Shown here in pieces: positions 51,868-60,044 of a stretch of 64,000 nt of DNA. Every line of letters starts with the position of its first letter. Position 1 is the stretch's first letter. The notes under the pieces are model-generated. The model searched no databases. It was not told the origin of the DNA and was given only the letters and a program-made list of their open reading frames with translations. Source of the DNA: Candidatus Latescibacterota bacterium (GTDB lineage: Bacteria > Latescibacterota > UBA2968 > UBA8231); NCBI GenBank assembly GCA_963422735.1, contig OY730476.1:3616001-3680000 (forward strand), read 5' to 3'. A program made the position numbers and the translations under genes.

Positions 51868-52872
51868 ATGAGGTTTGCAGGTTGGCTGGCGGTGCTCGTC
51901 GCCATTGCCGGATGGGGATGTCAGAGTTCGACCATGACGGCGGCCAAGCTCTATATCAAGCAAGAGCAGCCCCAAAAAGCCAAAAAACAACTCGCCCTAG
52001 TTTTACAGACCGAGCCAGAGAATTGCGAGGCCCACTTGCTCATGGGCGAGCTCTTGGGGGCCGAGGGCCGCTATGGCGAAATGGCCGCTCACTTGGCGCA
52101 CGCCGAGAGCAACCCCAAGTTTCAGAGCGAGGTTGAACAAACTCGCCGCCGCTTTTGGACGCGCGAGTACAATGCCGGCGTCGCCCATGCCCAAGGCGAG
52201 GTGCCAAATTACGTCATGGCGCGGCACTCGTTTCACAACGCTACTCTCATCGACGAGAGTGCGCTCGACGCTTGGCGCAACCTCGCGTACGTCTATTATC
52301 AGATCGACAGCACGGATGCGGCCATTGCCACCTACCAGAAAATTGCGTCTGCGGATCCAGAAGATGAGCGCACCTTTTTCGGCCTAGGGTCGCTCTACTT
52401 GGAAAATGGCCACCTCGATGAAGCCATCCGCGCCTTGTCGCAGGCGGTCAAAATTAATCCCACCAACCTCAATGGCCTGACCAATCTCGCCATTGCCCAA
52501 GCCCAAGCCGAGGACTACGAGAGTGCCGAGGCCAATTATCGCAAAGTCATTGAGCTGAACCCCGATGATTTCAGGCCCTACTTCAACTTGGGCAACCTCT
52601 ACTGGCAGCAAGAAAAATACACTGCGGCTCAGCGGACCTATGAGCAGGCCCTACAGCTCGAACCCGATGACGGAGACATGCTCTACAACCTCGCCATGGT
52701 CCACTTGGCCACAGATGACATGGACGGCGCGTTGCCGCTCTTGGAACAGCTCGCCGAACAAATGCCAGACAATGCATTAGTGTGGATGCACTTGGGGACG
52801 GTTTACGCCCATAAGGAGTTGTTGGAGGAGAGCAAGGCGGCGTTTGCGCGGGCCGCGGAACTAGAGGAGTAA
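51868..52872 (+). CDS. TPR-repeat lipoprotein
   Basis: Lipobox-like AGWGC; 'SSTMTAAKLY'; multiple TPRs (AWRNLAYVY, YFNLGNLY, LYNLAMV). Confidence 0.85.
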   Translation: MRFAGWLAVLVAIAGWGCQSSTMTAAKLYIKQEQPQKAKKQLALVLQTEPENCEAHLLMGELLGAEGRYGEMAAHLAHAESNPKFQSEVEQTRRRFWTREYNAGVAHAQGEVPNYVMARHSFHNATLIDESALDAWRNLAYVYYQIDSTDAAIATYQKIASADPEDERTFFGLGSLYLENGHLDEAIRALSQAVKINPTNLNGLTNLAIAQAQAEDYESAEANYRKVIELNPDDFRPYFNLGNLYWQQEKYTAAQRTYEQALQLEPDDGDMLYNLAMVHLATDDMDGALPLLEQLAEQMPDNALVWMHLGTVYAHKELLEESKAAFARAAELEE

Positions 52873-52898
52873 AGCGAGCACCCGCGCTGTAATCCACT

Positions 52899-54194
52899 AT
52901 GCTGCAGTACACCATCCAGCGCATTCTGCTCGCCATCCCGACCCTCCTCGGCATCACCCTACTGACCTTCCTAATTATGCGTTTGGCACCCGGTGATCCG
53001 GTCGATCTCTTCTTGGGCGGGGAGGCCGAAGGCGAGGGGATCTCCACCGACCGCCAGACGGACATGGAGAAGACTCGCCGGGATTTGCGCCGCCAACTCG
53101 GGCTGGATCAACCTCTACACATCCAGTATTTGCACTGGCTTTCCAACTTGGTCTTGCGCGTGGAGGACCTAGGCGCATTCGAGCGCGGGGCCTTGTTGGC
53201 CGACGCCGTGCTCGACGAATTGCCAGACGCGGCGCGGGCCGAATTGGCCGCGCTTGAGGGCGCAGAGCGCAAGGAGCGCTTCTTGGAGCACTTTCGCCGC
53301 CTGCGCCCCGAGCGCGTCAACGCGCTCGTCGAGTCGCCTTTCTGGCAAAGCCGCCTTTTTTCGCCAGCCAAAAACTACGCTTATGCCGGGTCTGGCTTGG
53401 AGTTGGTGCAGGTAGGTAACTGGCGTTTGGTGACGCTGAATCTGGGGCGCTCCTTCAAAGATCAGGAACCGGTCATTGACCACATCCTCGACCGGCTGCC
53501 CATCACGCTGGAAATCAACCTCATCAGCCTAGTCTTTGCCTATCTAGTCGGCGTACCGCTGGGTATAGTGATCGCGGTCAAGCAAAATACCGCTACCGAC
53601 CGCTTGGTTACCACCGGGACCTTCATGCTGTGGTCGATGCCGTCGTTTTGGACCGGTATGCTGTTGATCTTGTTCTTCTGCAACAAGGAGTTCTTTCACT
53701 GGTTTCCAGCCTCCGGCATCCAATCCTTGGACGCTGGTGAAGACTGGGGATTTTGGCGGCTGCTGACCGACCACGCCCACCACATGGTCTTGCCGGTATT
53801 GGCTTCGACCTACGCCAGCTTCGCCGGCATCTCGCGCTATATGCGCACCAGCATGTTGGAGAATTTGCGGCAGGACTACGTGCGCACAGCCCAAGCCAAG
53901 GGCTTGCGCTACCGAGTCGTGGTGCTGCGCCACGTGCTGCGCAACTCCCTGATTCCCATTGTGACGCTGCTGGCGGGGCTTTTGCCGGGGATGATCGCGG
54001 GTTCGGTGTTTATCGAGACGATTTTTACCATTCCGGGCATGGGCTTTTTGGCTTTCCAGTCGGTCATCGTGCGCGACTATCCCATGGCCATGGCGCTCTT
54101 CACCATTGGCTCGGCCCTGTCGCTAGTGGGGATTTTGGTGGCGGATATTTTGCTCAAGGTCGTGGACCCGCGCATCGACTTCGCGAGTGTGTAG
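52899..54194 (+). CDS. Peptide ABC transporter permease OppB/DppB-like
   Basis: APGDP, LGLDQP..IQY, DRLPITL, RTSMLE.L.QDYVRTA.AKGL, RNSLIP, RDYP, DPRI. Confidence 0.92.
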   Translation: MLQYTIQRILLAIPTLLGITLLTFLIMRLAPGDPVDLFLGGEAEGEGISTDRQTDMEKTRRDLRRQLGLDQPLHIQYLHWLSNLVLRVEDLGAFERGALLADAVLDELPDAARAELAALEGAERKERFLEHFRRLRPERVNALVESPFWQSRLFSPAKNYAYAGSGLELVQVGNWRLVTLNLGRSFKDQEPVIDHILDRLPITLEINLISLVFAYLVGVPLGIVIAVKQNTATDRLVTTGTFMLWSMPSFWTGMLLILFFCNKEFFHWFPASGIQSLDAGEDWGFWRLLTDHAHHMVLPVLASTYASFAGISRYMRTSMLENLRQDYVRTAQAKGLRYRVVVLRHVLRNSLIPIVTLLAGLLPGMIAGSVFIETIFTIPGMGFLAFQSVIVRDYPMAMALFTIGSALSLVGILVADILLKVVDPRIDFASV

Positions 54195-55241
54195 ATGAGC
54201 GCGGAGGCCGTTGCACAAGGGCAGTCCTACGGGCGGGTCGTCTGGAAGCAGTTCAAAAAAAACAGACCCGCTCTGCTCAGTCTCTTGGGCATCATCTTGC
54301 TGGGGATTGTGGCTTTAGTCGCCGACTTGCTGGCCGGCGACAAGCCGTACTACATGAAGTACAAGGGCGAGACCTACTTTCCGGCCTTCCGCCAATACGC
54401 AGTCTATCTGGGGGTAGTAGATTGGCCGGCGGAATTGAAGCGCCGCCGCAACTTCAAAAAGCTCGAGCTAGAGGAGGCTATCTTCCCGCCGGTGCCGTAT
54501 GCCCCGGGCGAAATTCGCTTGCGGGAGAAGTACCAGCCCCCGCAAGCCGAGCACTGGCTGGGCACGGACCGCTTGGGCCGCGACGTGCTCTCGGGGCTGA
54601 TTCACGGCACGCGCTACGCCTTGACCATCGGCCTAGTGGCCGTGGGCATATCGCTGGCCATCGGTTTGGTCTTAGGGGCGTTGGCCGGCTACTTCGGAGG
54701 CTGGATCGACTTGGCACTCTCTCGCCTTTTCGAGCTGTGGGCCGCAATCCCCAGCTTCTTCCTGATCCTGACGGTCGCGGCGTTTTTCCCGCCGAGTTTG
54801 TTCTTCGTCATGGTCATTATTGGCCTTACGAGTTGGGTCGGTATCGCCCGCTTAACGCGCTCGCAGTTTTTGCAGGTGCGCAGCTACGACTATGTGGTCG
54901 CCGCCCGCAGCCTCGGGTACTCAAACAGGCGGATCATGTTCCGCCACATCCTGCCCAACGCCGTCGGCCCGATCCTGATCCCGGCGGCCTTCGGGGTAGC
55001 AGGGGCCATTCTCTCCGAGTCGGGACTGAGCTTTTTAGGGGTGGGGGTGCCGGCAGAAGTGATCACGTGGGGTGCCCTGCTGGCTGGGGCGCGTAGCAAT
55101 GCGGCGGCGTGGTGGCTGGTGGTCGTGCCGGGCTTGGCCATTTTTGCGACCGTGACCCTGTACAACCTGCTAGGCGATGGGTTGCGCGACGCGCTAGACC
55201 CGAAGCTACGCGGCGGCTCAGGTGCCGAGGAAAGCGGGTAG
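54195..55241 (+). CDS. Peptide ABC transporter permease OppC/DppC-like
   Basis: HWLGTD.LGRDV, GYFGGW.D, HILPNA, ESGLSFLG.G, NLLGDGLRDALDP. Confidence 0.92.
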   Translation: MSAEAVAQGQSYGRVVWKQFKKNRPALLSLLGIILLGIVALVADLLAGDKPYYMKYKGETYFPAFRQYAVYLGVVDWPAELKRRRNFKKLELEEAIFPPVPYAPGEIRLREKYQPPQAEHWLGTDRLGRDVLSGLIHGTRYALTIGLVAVGISLAIGLVLGALAGYFGGWIDLALSRLFELWAAIPSFFLILTVAAFFPPSLFFVMVIIGLTSWVGIARLTRSQFLQVRSYDYVVAARSLGYSNRRIMFRHILPNAVGPILIPAAFGVAGAILSESGLSFLGVGVPAEVITWGALLAGARSNAAAWWLVVVPGLAIFATVTLYNLLGDGLRDALDPKLRGGSGAEESG

Positions 55242-56489
55242 AGACTCGTTGGCTACGATCTGGTCGAGGGTCTGTCGCTGTCGCAGCAGATGGAGCTCGC
55301 CATCTTCGCCGAGCAGCACCTCGCATGCTTCCGGGAAGGAATTGTAGTTTTTGGCTGCCATGCCAGCGCAATAGGCCCCGCTGCCGCCGATAAAGACCAC
55401 GTCGCCGATGCGCGGCTCGGTGAGCAAACGAGGCGCCGGCTCTTCGGGGTTGCCGGATGCTGGCGTGAGGATATCTCCGCTTTCACAGCAATGGCCGGCG
55501 ATGAGGTACTCGCCTTGGCCGCGCTCCTCTGGTGTGGCCGGAACCACGACGATGGGGTGTTGCGCCCCGTACAAGCTGGGGCGCAGCACTTCGGTCATGC
55601 CGCTATCGACCTTGATAAAGGAATAGCCCTGCCGGCCGGTATCGACTACATCGACGACGCTACAGACGATGGCACCGGCGTTGCCCACCAAGAAGGTCCC
55701 AGGTTCGATTTCCAGATGCAGTTTGCGGCCGTGCTCGTGGGCGAAGCGGTCGAATTCGTCGGCGACAGGTTGGCCAGCTTCGCGCAAGTCGGTCGATACT
55801 TCGCCGGCCATGCGCCCAATCTTGAAACCGCCGCCCATGCTCACGCGCCGGACCTCGGGCAGCTTAGCGGCCACATCCAGCGTTAGCCGGGCGCAGTGCT
55901 GCCAGACTTCCGGGTCGCTGCCCGAGCCGATATGGCTGTGCAAGCCGGTGATGTGCAGGCTATGGACAGCGGCCGTTGCCAGCACTTGGTAGAGGCGTTC
56001 GTGCCAGATACCGAAGCTCGCCGAAGGGCCACCCGTATTGGTGCGGTTGCTGTGTCCTGAGCCTAAGCCTGGGTTGATGCGCACGGAGACTTCATGGCCT
56101 AGAAAGAGCCGGCCGTAGGTTTCAAGTTGATGCAGGGAACAGGCGTTGAAGAGGACGCCTTGACGCACTAGGGCTTCTAAATTGTCGGGTAGTTGTTGGG
56201 CCGTGAGCTGAATCTGGGCCGCGGGGACGCCAGCGCACATGGCCCGCAGTGCTTCGTAGCCACTGCTAGCGTCGATGTGCAGGCCAGCGCGGTTGAGAAT
56301 GCGGATCACACCGGCGGCCGGACAGGCTTTCATCGCGTAGCGAACCGTCAGGCCGTGTGCATTGGGGAAGGCCAGTGCCTTTTGGGCTTGGGATTCCAAC
56401 GTCTTTTGATCATAGACAAAAGTGGGCGTCCCAAACTGGAGTTGGACGGCGCGAACTTGGTCATCAGACAGGAGTGAAAGCCGTTCCAT
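55218..56489 (-). CDS. lysA: Diaminopimelate decarboxylase
   Basis: GTP.FVYD, YAMKA, HSHIGSG, GGGF, EPG, G..CESGD, GAY...M..NYNS; convergent 24-nt overlap with the OppC-like gene. Confidence 0.9.
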   Translation of the reverse strand: MERLSLLSDDQVRAVQLQFGTPTFVYDQKTLESQAQKALAFPNAHGLTVRYAMKACPAAGVIRILNRAGLHIDASSGYEALRAMCAGVPAAQIQLTAQQLPDNLEALVRQGVLFNACSLHQLETYGRLFLGHEVSVRINPGLGSGHSNRTNTGGPSASFGIWHERLYQVLATAAVHSLHITGLHSHIGSGSDPEVWQHCARLTLDVAAKLPEVRRVSMGGGFKIGRMAGEVSTDLREAGQPVADEFDRFAHEHGRKLHLEIEPGTFLVGNAGAIVCSVVDVVDTGRQGYSFIKVDSGMTEVLRPSLYGAQHPIVVVPATPEERGQGEYLIAGHCCESGDILTPASGNPEEPAPRLLTEPRIGDVVFIGGSGAYCAGMAAKNYNSFPEACEVLLGEDGELHLLRQRQTLDQIVANESLPAFLGT

Positions 56490-56582
56490 TAAATGACCCT
56501 AACTTGATATTTTTCAATAGAATCCATAGGTTATGAACAACTTTTCAGTATCGCTGCTATATCCCATTTTGTCAAGCTCCTT

Positions 56583-58406
56583 ATGGCCACCTACATCCTC
56601 GGCATTTCCGCGTTCTACCACGATAGCGCAGCCTGTTTGGTGTGCGACGGAGAAATCGTCGCCGCTGCTCAGGAGGAGCGATTCACGCGCGTTAAACACG
56701 ATCCAGAGTTTCCCGTTCGCGCCGTTGACTACTGTCTGCGGGAAGGCGGTATTGAGGCCAAAGATCTGCACTGCGTGGGGTTTTACGACAAACCCCTGCT
56801 GACCTTTGAACGCCTGCTAGAGAGTCATCTCGGCACTGCGCCGTTGGGTCTTCGCCTTTACTGGAAGAGCATGAAGGTATGGCTGGAAAAAAAACTTTGG
56901 ATCCCACAGTTAATCCAAGAGCAGCTAGGCTGCGATGTACCGGTGCTGTTCGGCGATCATCACGAGTCGCACGCTGCGTCGGCCTTCTATCCGTCTCCGT
57001 ATCGAGAAGCGGCGATAGTGACCTTGGACGGGGTCGGCGAATGGACCACTACCAGCTATGGCTACGGCCGGGATGCCGAAATTCACACGCTGGCCGACAT
57101 CAAGTTTCCCCACTCGCTGGGTCTGTTCTATTCGGCCTTTACTTATTTTGCGGGCTTCAAGGTCAACTCCGGCGAATACAAGCTGATGGGGCTAGCCCCT
57201 TATGGCGGTCCAAAATACGTCGATCTAATGCTCGATGAGATAATCGACCTGAAGGACGACGGCTCTTTCAAGCTCAACACTCGTTATTTCAACTACCTAT
57301 CCGGCTTGACGATGACTAGCCGGGCCATGAACAAGCTCTTCGGGGGGACGCCGCGGCGGCCAGAGACACCGCTGACTCAGCGAGAGATGGATATTGCACG
57401 CTCCTGTCAGGTCGTCACCGAGGAAGTCATGTTACGCATTGCCCGTACGGTGCATCGAGAAACTAAGCTCAAGAACTTGTGCATGGCCGGTGGCGTGGCA
57501 CTCAATTGCGTTGGCAACGGCCGCATCTTGCGCGAGAGTCCCTTTGAAAACATCTGGATTCAACCGGCTGCCGGCGATGCCGGTGGGGCCTTAGGCGTCG
57601 CGCTGGTGCTGTGGTATCACCACTTGGGCCACGAGCGAGTGGCAGATGGCGAAAACGATGCGATGCGGGCGTCGCTGTTAGGACCTGAGTACGGGGACGA
57701 CGAAATCTATCAGTGGATTGAGAACCAGGCCGGGGTGGCGCAAAAGCTTGCCGAGGACGAGTTGCCAGTGCGCGTGGCCGAGCTTTTGGCAGCGGGCAAG
57801 GTCGTCGGATTTTTCCAGGGGCGGATGGAATTTGGGCCACGTGCGCTCGGTGCCCGGTCAATTCTCGGCGACCCGCGCTCAATCCAGATGCAGTCGGTGA
57901 TGAACCGCAAGATCAAGTTTCGCGAGAGCTTCCGCCCCTTTGCTCCGACAATCCTGCGCGAATGCGTACACGAGTTCTTTGAGTTGGATGCCGACTCGCC
58001 CTACATGTTGCAAGTGGCTCCGATTAAGGCGGAACGGCAGATCCCCATGAGCGAGGGCCAAAAGCGGTTGTTCGGCATCGACAAGCTAAACGTGCCACGC
58101 TCGGATATTCCGGCCGTCACCCACGTCGATTACTCGGCGCGGGTGCAGACGCTGCGCCGGCAAGATCACCCTCGCTACTACGACGTGATTCGCGCCTTTC
58201 AGAGCCTGACCGGATATCCTGTGGTTGTCAACACGTCCTTCAACGTGCGCGGTGAACCCATCGTCCAAAGCCCAGAAGATGCCTATCGCTGCTTCATGCG
58301 GACCGAGATGGATTTCTTGGTCATAGGCTCTTATATCTTAGACAAGAAAGACCAGCCGCAGTGGCGGGAAGAACTGGATTGGCAAGAGGAGTTCGAGCTT
58401 GACTGA
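56583..58406 (+). CDS. NodU/CmcH (SxtI-like) O-carbamoyltransferase
   Basis: GISAFYHDSAA, EERFTR.KH, HH.SHAASAF, GEYKLMGLAPYG, GGVALNC, FGPRALG.RS, FRPFAP, NTSFN. Confidence 0.93.
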   Translation: MATYILGISAFYHDSAACLVCDGEIVAAAQEERFTRVKHDPEFPVRAVDYCLREGGIEAKDLHCVGFYDKPLLTFERLLESHLGTAPLGLRLYWKSMKVWLEKKLWIPQLIQEQLGCDVPVLFGDHHESHAASAFYPSPYREAAIVTLDGVGEWTTTSYGYGRDAEIHTLADIKFPHSLGLFYSAFTYFAGFKVNSGEYKLMGLAPYGGPKYVDLMLDEIIDLKDDGSFKLNTRYFNYLSGLTMTSRAMNKLFGGTPRRPETPLTQREMDIARSCQVVTEEVMLRIARTVHRETKLKNLCMAGGVALNCVGNGRILRESPFENIWIQPAAGDAGGALGVALVLWYHHLGHERVADGENDAMRASLLGPEYGDDEIYQWIENQAGVAQKLAEDELPVRVAELLAAGKVVGFFQGRMEFGPRALGARSILGDPRSIQMQSVMNRKIKFRESFRPFAPTILRECVHEFFELDADSPYMLQVAPIKAERQIPMSEGQKRLFGIDKLNVPRSDIPAVTHVDYSARVQTLRRQDHPRYYDVIRAFQSLTGYPVVVNTSFNVRGEPIVQSPEDAYRCFMRTEMDFLVIGSYILDKKDQPQWREELDWQEEFELD

Positions 58407-58824
58407 GGCCAAGAGCTACTGGGGGGTTGCGGTTCCCAATCGCGGCGATTTGCGCCGATTCGGACTCGTGCTGGCGGCGTTGCTGGCATTGCTAGGCGGC
58501 TATCTGTGGTACGTGGAAGCTATAGGCTTCGCTCAGCTTGCACACGCGGCCTCGCTGGTGTTGCTCGGGGCCGGATTGGCGCTGCCCGTTGCGCTGACGC
58601 CGATCTACTTTCCCTATATGTGGCTGGCGAGGATTGTGGCCTTTGTCAATATCCACCTGCTCTTAGGGCTTATTTTCTACACGCTTTTTACGCTGATCGG
58701 CCTTAGCATGCGCCTTTTGGGGCGCGATCCGCTCGATCGCAAAATCACTCCCGATGAGGAAAGTTACTGGCAGCGCCGGGCCTCTTCTCTATTTTCCCGC
58801 GACCATTATCGCAAGCGCTTTTGA
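58399..58824 (+). CDS. SxtJ-family membrane protein
   Basis: 'LRRFG', TM pair, 'LG.DPL.......SYW..R', terminal 'RF'; coupled to the carbamoyltransferase. Confidence 0.75.
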   Translation: MTEAKSYWGVAVPNRGDLRRFGLVLAALLALLGGYLWYVEAIGFAQLAHAASLVLLGAGLALPVALTPIYFPYMWLARIVAFVNIHLLLGLIFYTLFTLIGLSMRLLGRDPLDRKITPDEESYWQRRASSLFSRDHYRKRF

Positions 58825-58838
58825 AGCGCGGCTAAGCC

Positions 58839-58867
58839 TTGCCCTTGTTTTGGGCAGCCGTTATATT
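58839..58867 (+). promoter_or_regulatory. Putative sigma70 promoter for tadA-tRNA cluster
   Basis: TTGCCC, 17 nt spacer, TATATT. Confidence 0.5.
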
Positions 58868-58902
58868 TACACCGCTTTGGAGGCCCCTTAAAACGGCCTC
58901 AA

Positions 58903-59388
58903 ATGGATTCTACGGAAGAAGTTAGCTCATTTGCCGAAGATGGTCGCTGGATGCTCGAGGCTCTGCACGAGGCCAAGCGAGCCGGCCGTCGCGGCGAGGT
59001 GCCCGTCGGGGCTGTCGTCGTCGGGGCCGGGCGGGTTTTGGGCCGGGCCGGCAACGCCATTGAAGCGGCGCAGGATCCCACGGCCCACGCGGAGATGCTG
59101 GCCTTGCGCCAAGCCGCGGCGGCACTGGGGACGCGGCGCCTGTTGGAGACGACGCTCTACGTCACTTTGGAACCTTGTGCCATGTGCGCTGGGGCTGCGG
59201 TTTTGGCCCGGGTGACGAGGCTGGTCTTCGGGGCCGCCGATCCCAAATCCGGTGCTTGCGGCTCGCTGCGCAATGTCGCGGAGGATCCTCGGCTCAATCA
59301 CCGTTGTACGGTCCGCGGTGGGGTGCTAGAGCGAGAATGTGCCGAGTTGCTCAAGGGGTTTTTTGCGGCCCTGCGAGCGGCCAAGTAA
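58903..59388 (+). CDS. tadA: tRNA adenosine(34) deaminase
   Basis: GEVPVGAVVV, DPTAHAE, LYVTLEPCAMC, DPK.GA.GS, LNH, FF..LR. Confidence 0.94.
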   Translation: MDSTEEVSSFAEDGRWMLEALHEAKRAGRRGEVPVGAVVVGAGRVLGRAGNAIEAAQDPTAHAEMLALRQAAAALGTRRLLETTLYVTLEPCAMCAGAAVLARVTRLVFGAADPKSGACGSLRNVAEDPRLNHRCTVRGGVLERECAELLKGFFAALRAAK

Positions 59389-59393
59389 ATTGG

Positions 59394-59483
<90 letters not shown>

Positions 59484-59505
59484 TCTAAGGCAATGTGATT
59501 TTTGC

Positions 59506-59596
59506 GGAGAGATGGCCGAGTGGTCGAAGGTGCACGACTGGAAATCGTGTGTAGGGTAACCCCCTACCGAGGGTTCGAATCCCTCTCTCTCCGCCA
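59506..59596 (+). tRNA. tRNA-Ser(GGA)
   Basis: GGAGAGA/TCTCTCC acceptor, CACGA-CT-GGA-AA-TCGTG, long variable arm, CCA. Confidence 0.96.
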
Positions 59597-59610
59597 TAAT
59601 TGATCCGGAT

Positions 59611-59686
59611 GGGGCAGTAGCTCAGCTGGGAGAGCGCCAGGTTCGCAATCTGGAGGTCGTGGGTTCGATCCCCATCTGCTCCACCA
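59611..59686 (+). tRNA. tRNA-Ala(CGC)
   Basis: GGGGCAG/CTGCTCC acceptor with G3:U70, CCAGG-TT-CGC-AA-TCTGG, CCA. Confidence 0.95.
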
Positions 59687-59723
59687 TATTTTTCGGATAC
59701 CCGCTGGTAAAATGCAGAATTTT

Positions 59724-59996
59724 AGGTCGTGCTAGATGGGGAGATAGCGGTGCCCTGTACCCGCAATCCGCTATAGCGGGATTGAATTCCCATCCAGAGG
59801 TTTTCGCATCTCTTGTTCGACCAGAGCAAAGTGGCGCTGAAGATCGGATTCTGCGCAATCAAGAGCTTCTGAACCCCGTCAGGACCGGAAGGTAGCAGCG
59901 GTAGGAATGTCTCTTGGTGTGCCGCAGAGCTGTCCGGTTGGAGCCAACTGGCACTGAGCAGACCTGAGGGCGGGGTCGAAGATGGGTGCACGGCCT
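59724..59996 (+). ncRNA. ffs: Signal recognition particle RNA, large bacterial type with Alu domain
   Basis: Helix 8 GTCAGGACCGGAAGGTAGCAGC (59878-59899); 5' Alu-like GGGGAGATAGCGGTGCCCTGTACCCGCAATCCGCTATAGCGGG; terminal helix AGGTCGTGC/GCACGGCCT; ~273 nt; upstream of dnaX. Confidence 0.93.
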
Positions 59997-60044
59997 TTTA
60001 ATTTTTTATTTATCCCTTCATCTTGGCTGTGTCAAGCAACTCAA

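Noticed and set aside
53753-55096. 447-aa alternative-frame ORF across the two permeases
   Set aside because: Arg/Gly/Ala-rich off-frame translation overlapping two well-supported genes
56583-58824. Saxitoxin biosynthesis cluster
   Set aside because: Only generic SxtI/SxtJ-like genes; no sxtA, sxtG or other pathway genes
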